Shown in pieces: positions 48,765-62,387 of a DNA stretch of 64,000 bases. Below the pieces are notes generated by a model. It did no database searches, was not told the origin of the DNA, and saw nothing but the letters and a program-made list of their open reading frames with translations. The position numbers and the translations under genes were made by a program. Each line of letters opens with the position of its first letter. Positions within the stretch are counted from its first letter, which is position 1. This DNA is from Octopus sinensis (Eukaryota). The DNA lies in assembly GCF_006345805.1 (NCBI RefSeq), contig NC_043018.1, positions 11,284,001 to 11,348,000 of the forward strand, read 5' to 3'.

Positions 48765-50655
48765 AGGTAGTGGATTGACATGATTGTTAGAAGTTTTGAA
48801 AATGCCTTGCAGCATTTATTTTGATTCTCTACATTCTGTGTTCAAATCCTGCTGAGGCTAACTTTGCCTTTCATCTTTACAGGGTGGATAAAATAAAATA
48901 CCTGTTAAGTACTGGGTTGATAAGCCATCCCCCTCAAAATTACAGACCTTATGCTTTAAATTAGAAGCCATTGTTATCATAATTCTTCAAGCCAAAAAAG
49001 AAAAAAAAAAATGGTAAGAGACTTAGGAGTCGGCCCGGAACAAGATGATCGGATAATATTCATAGACTCAGTTGGTCATGCTTGGGAATCCGTCCAAAAA
49101 ATTTAATGATGGTTTCTTCTGATAAGACCCTGTGAAGGAGATGCCTGAGCCTTCTACTTCAACAACCCAGTAATAGGGGGCCAGAAAATGGATGGATTAT
49201 TATCATTTATCATTATTTTAATTTTTATTAAGGCAGCGAGCTGACAGAAATATTAGCATGCTGGGCAAAATGCTTAGTATCATTTTGTCCTTCTTCACGT
49301 TCTGAGTTCAAATTCCATCAGGGTTGATAAAATAAGTGTCAGTTACATACTGGGTCGATGTAATCAACTAACCCCGCTCCCCCAAAATTTCAGGCCTTGT
49401 GCCTTTAGTAGAAAGGATTATTATTATTATCATTATTAAGGTAGTCAGCTGGAAGAAATGTTAGCATGCCAAGCAAAATGCTTAGTGGTACTTCGTCCAT
49501 CTTCATATTCAGAGTTTTTAAATTCCACCGGGGTCAACTTTGCCTTTCATCCTTTCGGGATTGATAAAATAAGTACCAGTTGAGTACTGCGGTCAATGTG
49601 ATCAACTTGCCCTGTCCCTTGAACTTGCTGGCTTTGTGCCAAAATTTGAAATCATTATTATTATTATTATTATTTAAAGATAATCAATGGATGGGATAGT
49701 CTTGTTTTAAATAAAGTACTTTGTGATGTTTAGTTAGGTTGCTTTACCAAGTTCAGATCCTGTAGAAATGAACTTAGCTTTTCTTCCTTCCAGAGGTTTA
49801 TAAGGTAAGTACCAGTTAACCACCAGGGTCAGAATAATCAACTACACCCATTCTTCAACTATAAGCCTTGTGTCAAATTTTTTGATTTTTCTCACTTTTC
49901 CATCCCGGCATGGGTCGATTGTGACTTTTTGTCTCTTGAAGTAGTGGTTTATAACTGGATTCTTTTCCTGAACCCAACTCTTTTAGTTGCCCCTTACAAC
50001 ATGCAGGGGTACAATGTGTCAGTCATAAAAATTGGCAGACACATGGCATAGAAACTATTATTAATCAGAATTGTTCCGCTATTCGTACAAAATACCTTGT
50101 GTTATTTCATTATGGATGTTTTGATTTTAAATCTCACTCAATGTCAACTCTAAGTGACATTCTTTTAGGTATTTTTGATTAGAAAGAAAATACCAGTTAA
50201 GTTGACGGTCTTGACTCATCCCGTCACCTTGGAATTTGCTGGTCTTGAGCCTAAATTAAAGACTATTGAGTTTAAATACTGCTGATATTAACTTTGCCTT
50301 TTATCCTTTTGGGATTTGATAAAATGAGTAGCAATCGACTCCCTGTGGTTGATATAATTGATTTTCCCTTTCCCTCAAATCCAGGCCCTGTACCTACAGC
50401 AGAAAGAATTATTATTATTATTATATGAGGTGGTGAGCTGACAGAATTGTTAGCACATCAGACAAAAGACTTAGTGTGGCATTTCTTCTAACTCTTTATG
50501 TTCTAAGTTCAAATTCCACTGAGGTCGACTTCACCTTTCATCCTTTCCAGGTCGATAAAATAAGTACCATCTGAACACTGGGGTTGATGTAATCAACTAA
50601 CCCTGCCTTCCCCTAAAATTGCTGGCAGCTTTGTTCCCAAATTTGAAACCATTAT
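48765..50655 (+). mobile_element. Plus-strand cluster of about seven family-A SINE copies or fragments linked by (ATT)n
   Basis: Heads or cores at ~48765, 49230, 49437, 49740, 50270 and 50428, with ATT runs at 49410-49436, 49652-49674 and 50408-50424. Confidence 0.8.
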
Positions 50656-51024
50656 TGTTGTTGTTATAAGTACAGGTGTATCCCTCTGGCTAAGGAGCTT
50701 GCTCCCCAGCTATCTAGTCTTAAGTTCCACTGTGCAGCACTTTGGACACTAAGCTCTGGGTCAACCAAAGCCTTGTGAGTAGATTTGGGAGAAGCCCGTC
50801 GTGTGTGTGTACCCTTGTTTTAACATCACATGATGGTTGTAAATGAGCATCCCCATCATACATGTGTTCTTGTCCATTTGTAGTCTTTTTTAAAATACAT
50901 GTCCAGCTGAGGGTAAGAGGGTTGGTGACAGAGAAGGCACCTGGCTGTAGAAAATCAATCTCAACTAATTCTGTCTGACCCATGCAGGCATGGAAAAGTG
51001 AATATTAAAAGAACGACAACAATC

Positions 51025-51196
51025 TTTTCACTTTTCATTTCGTTTACTCGCTTCAGTCATTAGACTGTGGCCATACTGGGGCACCACCTCGAAGAATTTT
51101 TGGTCAAAAGAACAACCCAAGGACTTATTTATTTTAAGCCTGGTACTTATGCTATCAGCCTCTTTTGCTGAACTGTCAAGCAGTGGTGGGGACCAA

Positions 51197-51227
<31 letters not shown>

Positions 51228-51600
51228 GGGTAGAAAAATTAGAGAAATTTTCTACGAGTGGCTAGCATGCATAAAAATAGTCAATAGACAATATATTAGT
51301 CATATAAAATTTTTTTCATCCCTTTCGAAATTACTCTTAACCATGGTTGGGGCTTTGACTGTTCCTTTTAGCATGTAAGGTGTCATGTTAGGGTCACCTC
51401 CTTTGCATACAAATGTACACTAATTTTATATATATATATATATATAAATACCCAACAGGCATCTTTCAGTTTCCGTCTACCAAATCTACTTACAAGGCTT
51501 TGGTCAGCCCAAGGCTATTGTAGAAGACACCCAAGGTACTGCACTGTGGGACTGAACCTGGAACCACGTGGTTGGGAAGCAAGCTTCTTACCACACATCC
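51025..51600 (-). mobile_element. Family-B SINE split by a ~200-bp insert in its (TA)n tract
   Basis: Tail half at 51025-51210 and head half at 51455-51600, with unrelated sequence at ~51225-51425 between TA runs. Confidence 0.7.
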
Positions 51601-52121
51601 ATGATGATGATTAATATCATCATCGTCCTCATCATCATAAAGGTTGAACATAAGTGTTTGTAGAGTAATGGTCTATGTTCACCAAAGTATTATTTTGACC
51701 CTGTACATTTTCTATTCGGTATGTCACAGGGATCAAGTATTTAGATTCTTCTAATTAACCATACCTTCTCTTACCTGCTCTCCCAAGATTGTGGAGGTGG
51801 TGACAATGTAAAGAAACAAATAAAAACCCCACTGATGTCAACTGTAGCTTTCATTCTTCCACAGTTGTGATAAATAGGTACCAGTAATGCGCCAGGGTCA
51901 ATTTAATCAATTCCCTGCTTTTCTCAAGATTTTTGGCTTTGTGCCAATATTAGGAATCCTTATTGATGTTGATATTGTTGCAATTAACTTTGCTCTTTGA
52001 TTTCTTCAGCCACACCACTTCGGTTGTGAGCATTCTTTGTTCAGGTGGGTGGGGAGCGCTTTTGACGTCATTTCCAGTCATAAATATAGACTTGTTTCAC
52101 ATACTCAAATATTAGTTTGTT

Positions 52122-52160
<39 letters not shown>

Positions 52161-52863
52161 GTAGTATAGACACACAGTATAGATATATGCATTTGTGTGT
52201 GTGTGTGTGTATGTGCGAAAAATATATATTAACAACGCACACATACATTTTATGTATTACATATAAATATGAGTGTGTAAGTATGTCTGTATATGTATGT
52301 GTATATATGTGTTTATGTGTATAATACATGTTGTATAGATATATGATTTTTATGGTTTGTTTTCTTTTGTTTCAATATTCTATATTTCAATTGTTTATAT
52401 TACGTAATTATTTTTTAGTGCTTTTTTTATTAGGGCTTCTTTGAGGATATTTAGCCAGTTGTTTTGTTATGATAATAGTGATGATGGTGCTGGTGATGTT
52501 CTGTTGAGAGGTGGTTGTTGTTGTTGTTGTTGGTGGTGGTGGTGTTCTGTTATCAGATTGTTTGATGATAGTGGTATCCTTTTCAGAGGTTGTTGGTGAT
52601 GATGGAGATTGTGTTCTTTTGTGAGGGTGATGGTGGTGTCCTTTTGTGACGGTGGTGGTGGAGGCAGTGCCCCTTTTGTGAGGTTGGTGATGGTGATGGC
52701 AGTGGTGTTCTTTTATGATGCTAGTGGTGGTCTGTTAACAAGGTTGGTAATGGCAGTGGTGTTCTTTTATGAGGAGGGTGTTGATGGTTTGCTGGTTATG
52801 ATCACTCAGAGTCTATAAAGATGGTGAATCATGCAAGCGGGTGGGGTATTATACTGAATACTC

Positions 52864-53652
52864 TCTCTTACTTGTTTCAGTCATTTGACTGTGGCTATGC
52901 TGGAGCACCACCTTTAGTCAAGCAAATCAACCCCAGGACTTACTCTTTGTACGCCTAGTACTTATTCTATTGGTTAATTTTTGCCGAACCACTAAGTTAC
53001 GGGGACGTAAACATACCAGCATCGGTTGTCAAGCAATGCTAGAGGGACAAATACAGGCACACAAACATATGCACAAACTCATACATACATATATATATAT
53101 ATACATATATACAAAATAAACAAGAGTGAAAAAACTACAGAAGACTTGTGTTATATGGTTAAAGAATATACTTAAGTCATTATGTTAGAAAATTTTGTTT
53201 ATAGTAACATAGTTTTGGAAGAAATATCCGGTTTTGTATTTTCTTTTCAAATTTCTCAAAACAAAAAAAAAAAGAAAATACGAAACCGGTTATTTCTCCA
53301 AAAACTACATTACAATACACAAAATTTTCTAACATTTTTCTAACATAACAACTTAAATATATTCTTTAATCATATAACACAAGCCTTCTGTAGTTTTTTC
53401 ACTCTTTTTTATTTTTTATACATCCAACCACGTGCTTTCACATACCAACTCTCTCACCTATATATATATATATATACACGCACATACATATATACGACAG
53501 GCTTCTTTCAGTTTCCGTCTACCAAATTCACTCACAAGGCTTTGGTCGGCCCGAGGCATTAGTAGAAGACACTTGCCCAAGGTGCCACACAGTGGGACTG
53601 AACCCGGAACTATGTGGTTGGTAAGCAAGCTACTTACCCACTCCTACGCCTG
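52864..53652 (-). mobile_element. Family-B SINE split by a foldback MITE in its (TA)n tract
   Basis: Tail half at 52864-53108 and head half at ~53455-53652. Confidence 0.82.
53109..53421. mobile_element. ~310-bp foldback (almost fully palindromic) MITE
   Basis: GAGTGAAAAAACTACAGAAGACTTGTGTTATATGGTTAAAGAATATACTTAAG (53124-) is the reverse complement of CTTAAATATATTCTTTAATCATATAACACAAGCCTTCTGTAGTTTTTTCACTC (-53404). The inner arms (GAAATATCCGGTTTTGTATTTTCTTTT / AAAAGAAAATACGAAACCGGTTATTTC) also pair, leaving a loop of ~15-20 nt. Confidence 0.85.
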
Positions 53653-54005
53653 TAAGCAAAAAACGTAAAAATGATGTTAAACCAAAAGCAAACCTTCAAT
53701 AAATTGAAATTCAACTTTTAGTCAAAGAAAGAAACAGTCAACTGGTTGACACCTTTCAACTAAAAGTTAAAAGATGAAATTAGTTGATCGATTTCACAAA
53801 ATTTCAAATTACTTGCTTCCAATGAATTCTGATCTTTGTTGGCTGACAAAAGTGAGAGCCATATTTTTGGTCTTGTGGGATTTTGTTGCTGCAACAAATA
53901 GCCACACATCAACTTGCTGGATCTGTCAACAAAGATTTTATAATTTCTCCATGCTCTGGCTTTTAAATTTTCCTGTATATTGTAGTGTATGTGTGTATGT
54001 ATGTA

Positions 54006-54087
<82 letters not shown>

Positions 54088-54422
54088 GAGAGAGAGAGAA
54101 ACATATACATACATGCATACGTCACCATTATTTTAACTGCCAATTTTCCATGCTTTTATGTGTTGGATAGAGTTTATTGAGGCAGATTTTCTAAGGCTGG
54201 ACGCTCCTCTTGTTGCTAACCTTTACCTGTTTTCCACAAGAGGTAATAGATATTTCCCAATGGCCAGACATGATTTCACAGAATATTAAAAATGATTGAC
54301 AGTTCTTGTATGTCATTGACACTCGTTTACAATTCTCATGCTATGGTGAAGACACGCATGCCCCCACACACACACACAAACACATACTCAGACATACAAA
54401 CATATATATATATATATATATA

Positions 54423-54806
54423 CTAGCAGTATCGCCCTGCGTTGCTCGGGTTTGCAAGGGAAATAACTATAAAGCATTTTTAGAGAGTTATAGCCAAAAA
54501 ATAGCAAAAAAATGGGGGAAAAAATGATGGTAAATTTTTTTTATAGTTAAAAAGGTCGAGTTGCATCCTCTAGACAGTCTGTGGTTTGTGTTTCTGATTC
54601 TCGACCCCATGTCGAATTTATCGATCTTTTTCAGAACTGGGGGAACTTTTCAAAATTTTCGCTGCGTTAGTTTTGAATTATGACATTGGGCTATGTGTGT
54701 GTCAAGTTTCATCAGAATCGGTTGAAAGCCGTGGTCAGGGTGAGGGTACAACCAAACAGACACACAGAAACACACACAGACAAACTGCCGTTTATATAGA
54801 GAGAGA
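54423..54806 (-). mobile_element. Non-autonomous Helitron-like element, complete
   Basis: Minus strand has 5'-TC at 54806, an imperfect GC hairpin CCCGAGCAACGCAGGG 8 nt before the 3'-CTAG at 54426-54423, and insertion between A and T inside a (TA)n tract. Confidence 0.75.
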
Positions 54807-55206
54807 TGATTGGCTTCTTTCAGTTTCCATCAACCAAATCCACTGACCAAGTTTAGGTGAGGCTGGAACTATTGTAGAAGACACTTGCCTAAGGTGACAT
54901 GCTTGCATATACATGCATGATGCCTGCTTCGTTGCTCTCAGGTATAAGATGACAATGCCAGTATGTCAAGCGATACATGTCCATAACAGTTTTTGAAGTG
55001 AGAAAAGGTTTTGTACACAACCAATCCCATTCTCTGAGCAATGATGACAGATACCCCAAAAAGAAGAACTCGTCAGCATTATTGGCTGCCACTGAGTCAC
55101 AGATTTTGCATCAGTTTTTCTTCTCCTGGAGTGATGTCCTAACGGGGACTAGGGGTTCATTCATATACATGTCTAGACATGCAACTAAAACAAAACATAC
55201 AAATCT

Positions 55207-55566
55207 GCAGGTGTGACTGAGTGGTAAGAAGCTTGCTTCCCAACCACACGGCTTCAGGTGGCAAGTGTCTTCTGCTATAACCTCAGGCCGACCAAAGTCT
55301 TGTGAGTGGATTTTGTAGACGGAAACTGAAAGAAGCCCATTGTGTATATATATATATATATACATATGTGTGTTTGTGTTTGTCCCCCCACCATTGCTTG
55401 ACCACCAGTGTTGGTGTGTTTACATTCCTGTAACCTAGCTGTTCAGCAAAAGTGACTGATAGAATAAGTACTAGGCTTACAAAGAATAAGTCCTGGGGTC
55501 GATTTGTTCGACTAAAAGGCGGTGCTCCAGCATGGTCACAGTCAAATGACTGAAACAAGTAAAAGA
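55207..55566 (+). mobile_element. Family-B SINE with a short head deletion
   Basis: GCAGGTGTGACTGAGTGGTAAGAAGC head, (TA)/(TG) centre, and tail CAGTCAAATGACTGAAACAAGTAAAAGA. Confidence 0.88.
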
Positions 55567-56244
55567 GATACATCTGTATTTATGTATGTACGTACATCAC
55601 TCAACCAACCATTTTAACATTCACTTTCCCAAGCTTGCATGGCTCAGACGGAATTCATTCAGACAAAGTGTCAACAGCCAAATACTTCACATGTGGAAAC
55701 AGACAGATGCCCAACTGGCAGAGTCAGCAGAATTTCAGATACATTGTTTTCCATTACCTTGAGATCAGTTTTGTCTTTCATCTTTCAGGGTCAGTAATTA
55801 AAGCACCAATTCTGTGCTTGGATTATTCTTCTTTCTTGCATTTTCTTTCTGTCTATATGACTTTCTTTTTTCTGAAAGCCATTGGATGTGGTCAGAGCTT
55901 GAGAGAGATGAGCTCTACCAGGTCTAAATATGTGTAATCCTTATAGCCTTGTTGGCGTTAGGAAGGGCATCCAGCCATAGAAACTCTGCCAGATTGGATT
56001 GGAGTCTGGTGCAGCCATCTGGTTTGCCAGACCTCAGTCAAATCGTCCAACCCATGCTAGCATGGAAAGTGGACGTTAAACGATGATGATGATCTACTTT
56101 TTCCTGCTGGTATGTGTTGGACCCTTTTTTCCCTTCTACAGTGCTTTTACTGTCACATGCCCTTCATGTTGACAACCCTTCTAGTTGCATCTTACGGCAT
56201 GCAAGAATGTATTCAAAATAATAGTATACATATGTTTTCTACAT

Positions 56245-57410
56245 GTATATCATCATCATCATCAGTTAACATCTGTTTTCCATTCTGGCATGGGTTGGAG
56301 AGATTGACCGGAGCTGGCCAGGCAGGAGGGCCATGCCAACCTCCATTGTCTGTTTCGGCATCACTTCGGTGGCTGGATGCCCTTGTAACCACCAACCGCT
56401 TTACAGAGTTTCCCCCAGGTGCCTTTTTTCATGGCACCAGCACCAGCAGGGTCACCTTGTACTTTGCAAAACAGAACAAAGTCCCCTTGACTAGGGGTAG
56501 TAGTAATGAGGGAGGTGGCTTTGTGCCAGTTGATGAGAGGTTAAAAGAATAATAGAGGAGGTTGGATAGGTGTTATGCTGTAGAAGTGAAAGAAGGGTAT
56601 CCAGTTAGAGAGGAAGGGAGACGGGGAGTGAGAGAGAAAGATAGAAATGGCAAGAGTGGGAGAGATGGTGGTGGATATGTGAGGGTATACCCACAGGGCA
56701 GAAATATGGGGTGAATATAAGTGAAGTGATGGGTGAACAGAGGGAAAAATTTCATAAGAAGGTGAGGAGAATAGTTAGATGGAACAGAGGTGGCAGTAGT
56801 AATTAAAGGTGAGAGGTATAGGAGTGACTCAGTGAGGAGGGTGGCTTATGTGAGGGCATCGGGAGAGGTGGGGATTAAAAAGATGCAAGGATGGACAGAG
56901 TATAGCAGAGAGGAGAGAGCATGGCTGGAGAAAGCTAATGAGAATTGGAAGTGTTCTGGGGGGAGGAGGAGGAGGGAGTCGGGGTTGTGAGTGCATAGAA
57001 TGTTCCTATTCTGCTTTCAAGTAGCTAAATAAAATCACAGATAAAGAAGTGATGAATGTTAGGGAATGCGATGTGAGGGTCACTTGACAGGGCAGTGAGA
57101 GAGAGGTGGAGCTTTGCGCAGAGAAGCATGTAACCAAGGTGGTTTTAGGATATCTGTTGTGGTGGGTGAGTTTTCTCAAACAAAGCAAGGTGCCAGACAT
57201 CTCGGTCCTTTATCATCTCCTCCATAAGGCTCAGCATCTTGAGATCAGACCCCCAATACTTCATCCTATGTCGTCCTGTGTTTCCCTCTTCCACAAGTTC
57301 TTTCCACTTAAAGTAATCGGCTCTTCTTTATGCAATAGTCCTCATCCATATGCATCACATGATCAAGCCAGTACAGTCTGTTCTCCTGTACATTACATCT
57401 AATTTCTCTT
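56245..57410 (-). mobile_element. Old RTE LINE 3' end: C-terminal ORF remnant, long pyrimidine-rich UTR and (GAT)n tail
   Basis: Minus strand at 57400-57175 reads RLYWLDHVMHMDEDYCIKKSRLL*VERTCGRGKHRTT*DEVLGSDLKMLSLMEEMIKDRDVWH, homologous to 5587-5904. The tail at 56245-56440 matches the RTE 3' end. Confidence 0.75.
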
Positions 57411-57569
57411 ATGACTATATATATTCATGAATAAGAGAAGTGTAAAAATACCGCTTGCCAAAGATGAAAGTGAAAGCTTCAAAAGCCACCAATACTACAA
57501 TAAATATACTCCTCTTTGTAAATATTTCTTGTGTATGTGTGTATATATCTATATCTATCTATCTATCTA

Positions 57570-57630
<61 letters not shown>

Positions 57631-59456
57631 AATAAACAGGTAATAAATATATATATTGAATTCTGTCATTGCACGAGATGTACATTTTGTTTTGTCGTTA
57701 TAGCTGAGGGCCAGTTCTACTTGATCGGGTGTTCTAACCATGATCATCCCCTTTTTTGCCCCCTCAACCTTCCTTATACATGATGATTGGCCATGATTTG
57801 AAGGAGTTTGGTTGCTTCTTGTTACTGGCCAAGTCAAAAACCAAGGCTCCTTTGCTGAGATGTCAATTGATTTACAACATAAATAGAAGGGCTTCAGATA
57901 TATAAGGTTTATGAGGATGGTTTTGTAACGTTAATCCTTTTCTCAAGAGAATTAAGTAATGTAAGCAATATAATTTTAATGGCTGTTAAACCCCACCACA
58001 CACACACACACTTAAAATTAATGACCAATAAAAACGGCAAAGTTTTATAATCTCTTCTACACACATCATGGCTTCTCTACAAGGAGACTTGACTGCTTGT
58101 TGTTGTCATGTTTATGATAATGATGGTGGTATTTTTGTTTTGAGAATGATAATGATGGTTGTGGTGGTGGTAGGGGCTGCCATCATCTTCTGTTATGATG
58201 AAGCAATTGGTGGTAGTATATTCTTACACAGATGATGATGGTTGTGTTCTGTTTGGATGTGACAGAATTTTCTCAGTTTGTGACAGTGGTGTTATTGGTG
58301 GTGGTGGTGGTGCTGATGGTGGCAGTTGTAATACTGATGGTGTTTTGCTGTTGTGACAGTGGTTTCTTATGAGGACAATGATGATGATGATGACTGCAGA
58401 TTGTAGTGGTGTGATGGTGGTGATATTGTTGTAGTGAGGGTATTAGTGGTCTTATGATGGTAGTTGTGGTAGTTGTATTAGCAGTATATATGTCATTTGT
58501 TATTTAACCCTAGGTCTGCCTTCATTAAACCAAGCCATGATCAAAGACATTCCAGCTGTGACAATGCCATCTAATTAGGTGCAATGGAAGGGTGGGAAGC
58601 AGTCGACTATATACATTATCCAATATGTCCTTTCGTCTTTTTTTTAAACACTAGGATAGCATTTGAAGTATATTTGTTGCTATTTCTAGCAGGTTGAGCA
58701 ATTCATAGACACAGCTTCATTGGTTGTGAAGTTGGTTGTAGGGCCTGGTAGTGGTAGTGGTTGTGTTGGCAGTGACAGTGGTGGTAGTGGGGATGTTGGT
58801 TGTGGTGACGGTGAGGATTGTGATAGTAGTGGTGTTGGGAACTGTGACAGTGGTGGTGGTGGTGGTGGTTGTAGTGTTCCTTACGATGGCTGAAGTGGTG
58901 GTTGTGAGGTAAGATTTTTATTGGCAGTTGCGTTGGTGTTTTCTTGTCTTTTAGCCCTAGGTCAGCCTTAACTGAGTACAAAGATGCTCCAGCCAGGCCA
59001 ATTTGATCAGTTTGTATATCTAGGACATTTCCCTGTTGTCACTAGAATGTAATTGAAAAGATATATCGCTGTTATTTCTGGTAAGGCCACTGACTACAAA
59101 GGATCTTCTTCATTAAGTTGTGATGTTTGTTGCTGTGGAGGCAGTTCTGTGGTAGAGTGACGGTGATGCTGGTGGTAGCATCACACATTGTTTCAAATGT
59201 ATGGGGGTAGGTGCAGGGCTTGATTGTATTATGATAGAATTTACCACCACCACTACTCAAACACACACACACACATACGTGTGTGTGTGCATTACATCAC
59301 TTCTGCTTTATCAGTATTCCCAATCATTACCATGTGTACAAAGACAATATCCTTTTGCGGCCGCCGTTTCAGTTTATAGTTGTTTTTGAAAATGTCTTCC
59401 AAAAGACATTCCACATTCGACCCCTTTTTGCTTCCATTTGCTGCTGCCTGTTCTGT

Positions 59457-59684
59457 TTAACCCTTTAGCATTCAGATTACCATGTCAAATGTAATCCTTA
59501 TTTATCCGCTTTTTGTTTTGGATTAATCATGTAATTATCTCGTGGCTTTCAGAGTTTGGTAATGTTGTATATTTTTAGAATGACATTGTCAGATAGGTGT
59601 GAGAGGCCAGATGTGGCCATCTTGAACATAAAACTGGTAGAATATTTGGGTCAGATACAGCTTGTTTAAATACTAAAAGCTTAA
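59457..59684. mobile_element. piggyBac-type MITE, second family
   Basis: TTAA-CCCTTTAGCATT ... AATACTAAAAGC-TTAA; internal similarity to 19881-20106. Confidence 0.8.
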
Positions 59685-60904
59685 TTATCTACCCGTACAA
59701 GCTAACCAAGTGATGTACATACATATGTGTGTTTGTAGGTGTTATATGTGTGTATATATGTGTATATGCACTGTCTGTGTGTATATGTTTATATAATAGC
59801 AATGTTTTGTGCGTGTTTGTATATATTAATCAAGAGCATTGACATTACCATTTCAGGAGGACTTTTATAATTTCCCCTCAGGTCTGACACATTTCCACAA
59901 ATTAAGGCTATCACCTGCCTTAATAGTAATACTAATAATAATAATAATAATCCTTTCTACTATAGGCACAAGGCCTGGATTTTTGTGGGAAGGGGGAATA
60001 ATTGATCACATCAACACCAATACTTGACTGGTACTTAACTAATTGACCCCAAAAGAATGAAGGGCAAAGACGACCTTGGTGAAATTTGAATTCAGAATAT
60101 AAAGGGCCAGAACAGATGCCACAAAGCAATTTGTCTTGCACTCTAATGATTCACTCAGCTTGAGGGGATGAAACTAGACTTGTTGGTTTTTGTCCACCTC
60201 CAGCAGTTGATTGGTCCTTTATTTCATTGACCTCAGAGAGAGGCACAAGGCCCGAATTTGTGGGAAGAGGGTTAATCAAATTGATCCAGTACTTGGCTGG
60301 TACTTACTTTTATCAACCCCAGAAAAATAAATACCAACTTGACATTTTGGCAGAATTTGAATTCAGAATATTAGAGGCCATAGTGAAATATTGCAAAACA
60401 CTTCATCAGAGATTCTAACAATTCTGCAAATAATCATAGTAATAATAATAATGATAATAATAATAATCCTTTCTACTATAGGCACAAGGCCTGAAATTTT
60501 AGGCAGGAAAGGACTAGTCAATTACATCAACTCCAGTGTATAACTGGTACTTATTTCATCGACCCCAAAAGGATGAAAGGTAAAGCTGACCTTGATGGAA
60601 TTTGAATTTAGAGCATAAGGACAGACCAAATGCTAACGTTTCAGCCAGTTCACCACCTTAATAATAATAATATTAATAATAATAATATTAATGATGATGA
60701 TGATTTTAGCACAAGGCCAGCAATTTTTAAGGAGTGGGGTTGTCAGTTACAGCAACACCAGTGCGCAACTGGTACTTAGTTTATCAACCACAAAAAATGA
60801 AAAGCAAAGCTGACTTCAGCTGAATTTGAACTCAAGAGTTTAGGGAATTAGAAGAAATGTTTCTAATGATTTGATCCAACAACTTAACAATTCTGCCAGT
60901 AACA

Positions 60905-61545
60905 ATCATCATCATCATCATCGTTTAATGTCTGTTCTCCATGCTAGCATGGGTTGGACGGTTCGACCAGGATCTGGGAAGCCAGATGGCTGCACCAGGC
61001 TCCAGTCTGATCTGGCAGTGTTTCTACAGCTAGATGCCCTTCCTAACACCAACCACTCTGTGAGTGTAGTGGGTGCTTTTTACATGCCACCAGCACAGGT
61101 GCCAGGCGAGGCTGGCAACGGCCACGATCGGATTGGTGCTTTTTACGTGCTACCAGCACAGAAGCCAGTCAAGGCAGCGCTGGCATTGGCCACGTTTGGA
61201 TGGTGCTTTTTACGTGCCACCGGCACAGGGATCACAACTACAATTTCCATTGATTTTTGATGTTGGTGTACTTGACTCAATGGATCTCCTCAAGTACAGG
61301 GTCGAAACGGTGTTTCTTTACTTGCCACCTGCACAGGAGTCAGTCCAGCGGCCCTGGCAACTGCTGGGTGCCAGTCATAGGATTGGTTCAATTTCGATTC
61401 TGATTTCACTTGCCCCAACAGGTCTTCACAAGCAGAGTTTATTGTCCAATGAAGGGAGGTTGGCATGGGTGCCAGTCGTCGGATGTGGTTCGATTTTGAA
61501 TTCAATTTCAACTTCGCTTGCCTCAACAGGTCTTCACATGTCCAA
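60905..61545 (-). mobile_element. RTE LINE 3' UTR copy with a partial internal duplication
   Basis: 60908-61260 is nearly colinear with 5120-5460. The segment CACTTGCC.CAACAGGTCTTCACA occurs twice (~61405, ~61512). Confidence 0.85.
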
Positions 61546-61993
61546 TAATAATTCATTCTACTATAGAAGTTTTGTGGGTAAGGGGCTTGTTGATTACATC
61601 AGTCCCCGTGTTCAACTAGTATTTAATTCATCAGCCCTGAATGGATGAAAGGCAAAGTCGAACTTGAAAGAATGTAAACACATGAAATGTGGTTATGCAT
61701 TTTGTCCAGTATGCTAACAATTCCACCACCTCCCCACCCTATTATTAGTAACAATAATATATTCAAATTTAGGCACACAGCCAGCAATTGTGAGAGAAGG
61801 GAGTTAGTCAATACCACCAGCACCCTCACTTCTCTGAATATTTGAGAGGTAACTTTATTTTCTCAATCCTGGTAAAAGAGAAAGTGAATTAAATCTGACC
61901 TTGGCAGACTTGAACTCAAAACACTGAGAACCAGAACAAACACCACAGAGCATTTCTTCTGATGCTCAAACAATTTTGCCAGATTCTTGCTTT

Positions 61994-62387
61994 CACCCTT
62001 TAGCATTTAAAACCAGCCAAACCTGGCCAAAATATTCTACCTGTTATAGGTTGAAAGAGGCCAGATGTGGTTTCTCGCACCAACCCTACAATGTCATTCT
62101 AAAAATTAACAGTTATGTCATCAAAATCTCATAAACTACAAAATAATACATGATTAGTTCAAAACATTGTGAACGAATAAGCATTACTTTTTACAGAATA
62201 ATGCAAATGCTAAAGGGTTGATCCAGCCATATCCAACTTCTCACACCTACCCTACAATGTGATTCTAAAAATATACAAACACACCATTGAAATCTTAAAG
62301 CTACAAGACAATGTGTGATTTATTCAAAACAAAAATGGATAAATAAGCAGTAGGTGTGACAAAGAAATCTGAATGCTAAAGGGTTGG
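61994..62387. mobile_element. Reverse-oriented piggyBac-type MITE followed by a partial tandem copy
   Basis: CCCTTTAGCATT at 61997 to AATGCTAAAGGG at ~62218. A second partial unit ends AATGCTAAAGGG at ~62385. Confidence 0.7.

Noticed and set aside
58500-59090. A further dispersed repeat (TAGCAACCAAATC...GGCTGGAATG..TTTGATC...CTAGGG, also ~17150-17300, 20745-21000, 43110-43480, 57700-57830)
   Set aside because: It is clearly repetitive, but the copies are too decayed for me to define ends or class, so it is not listed as a classified feature.
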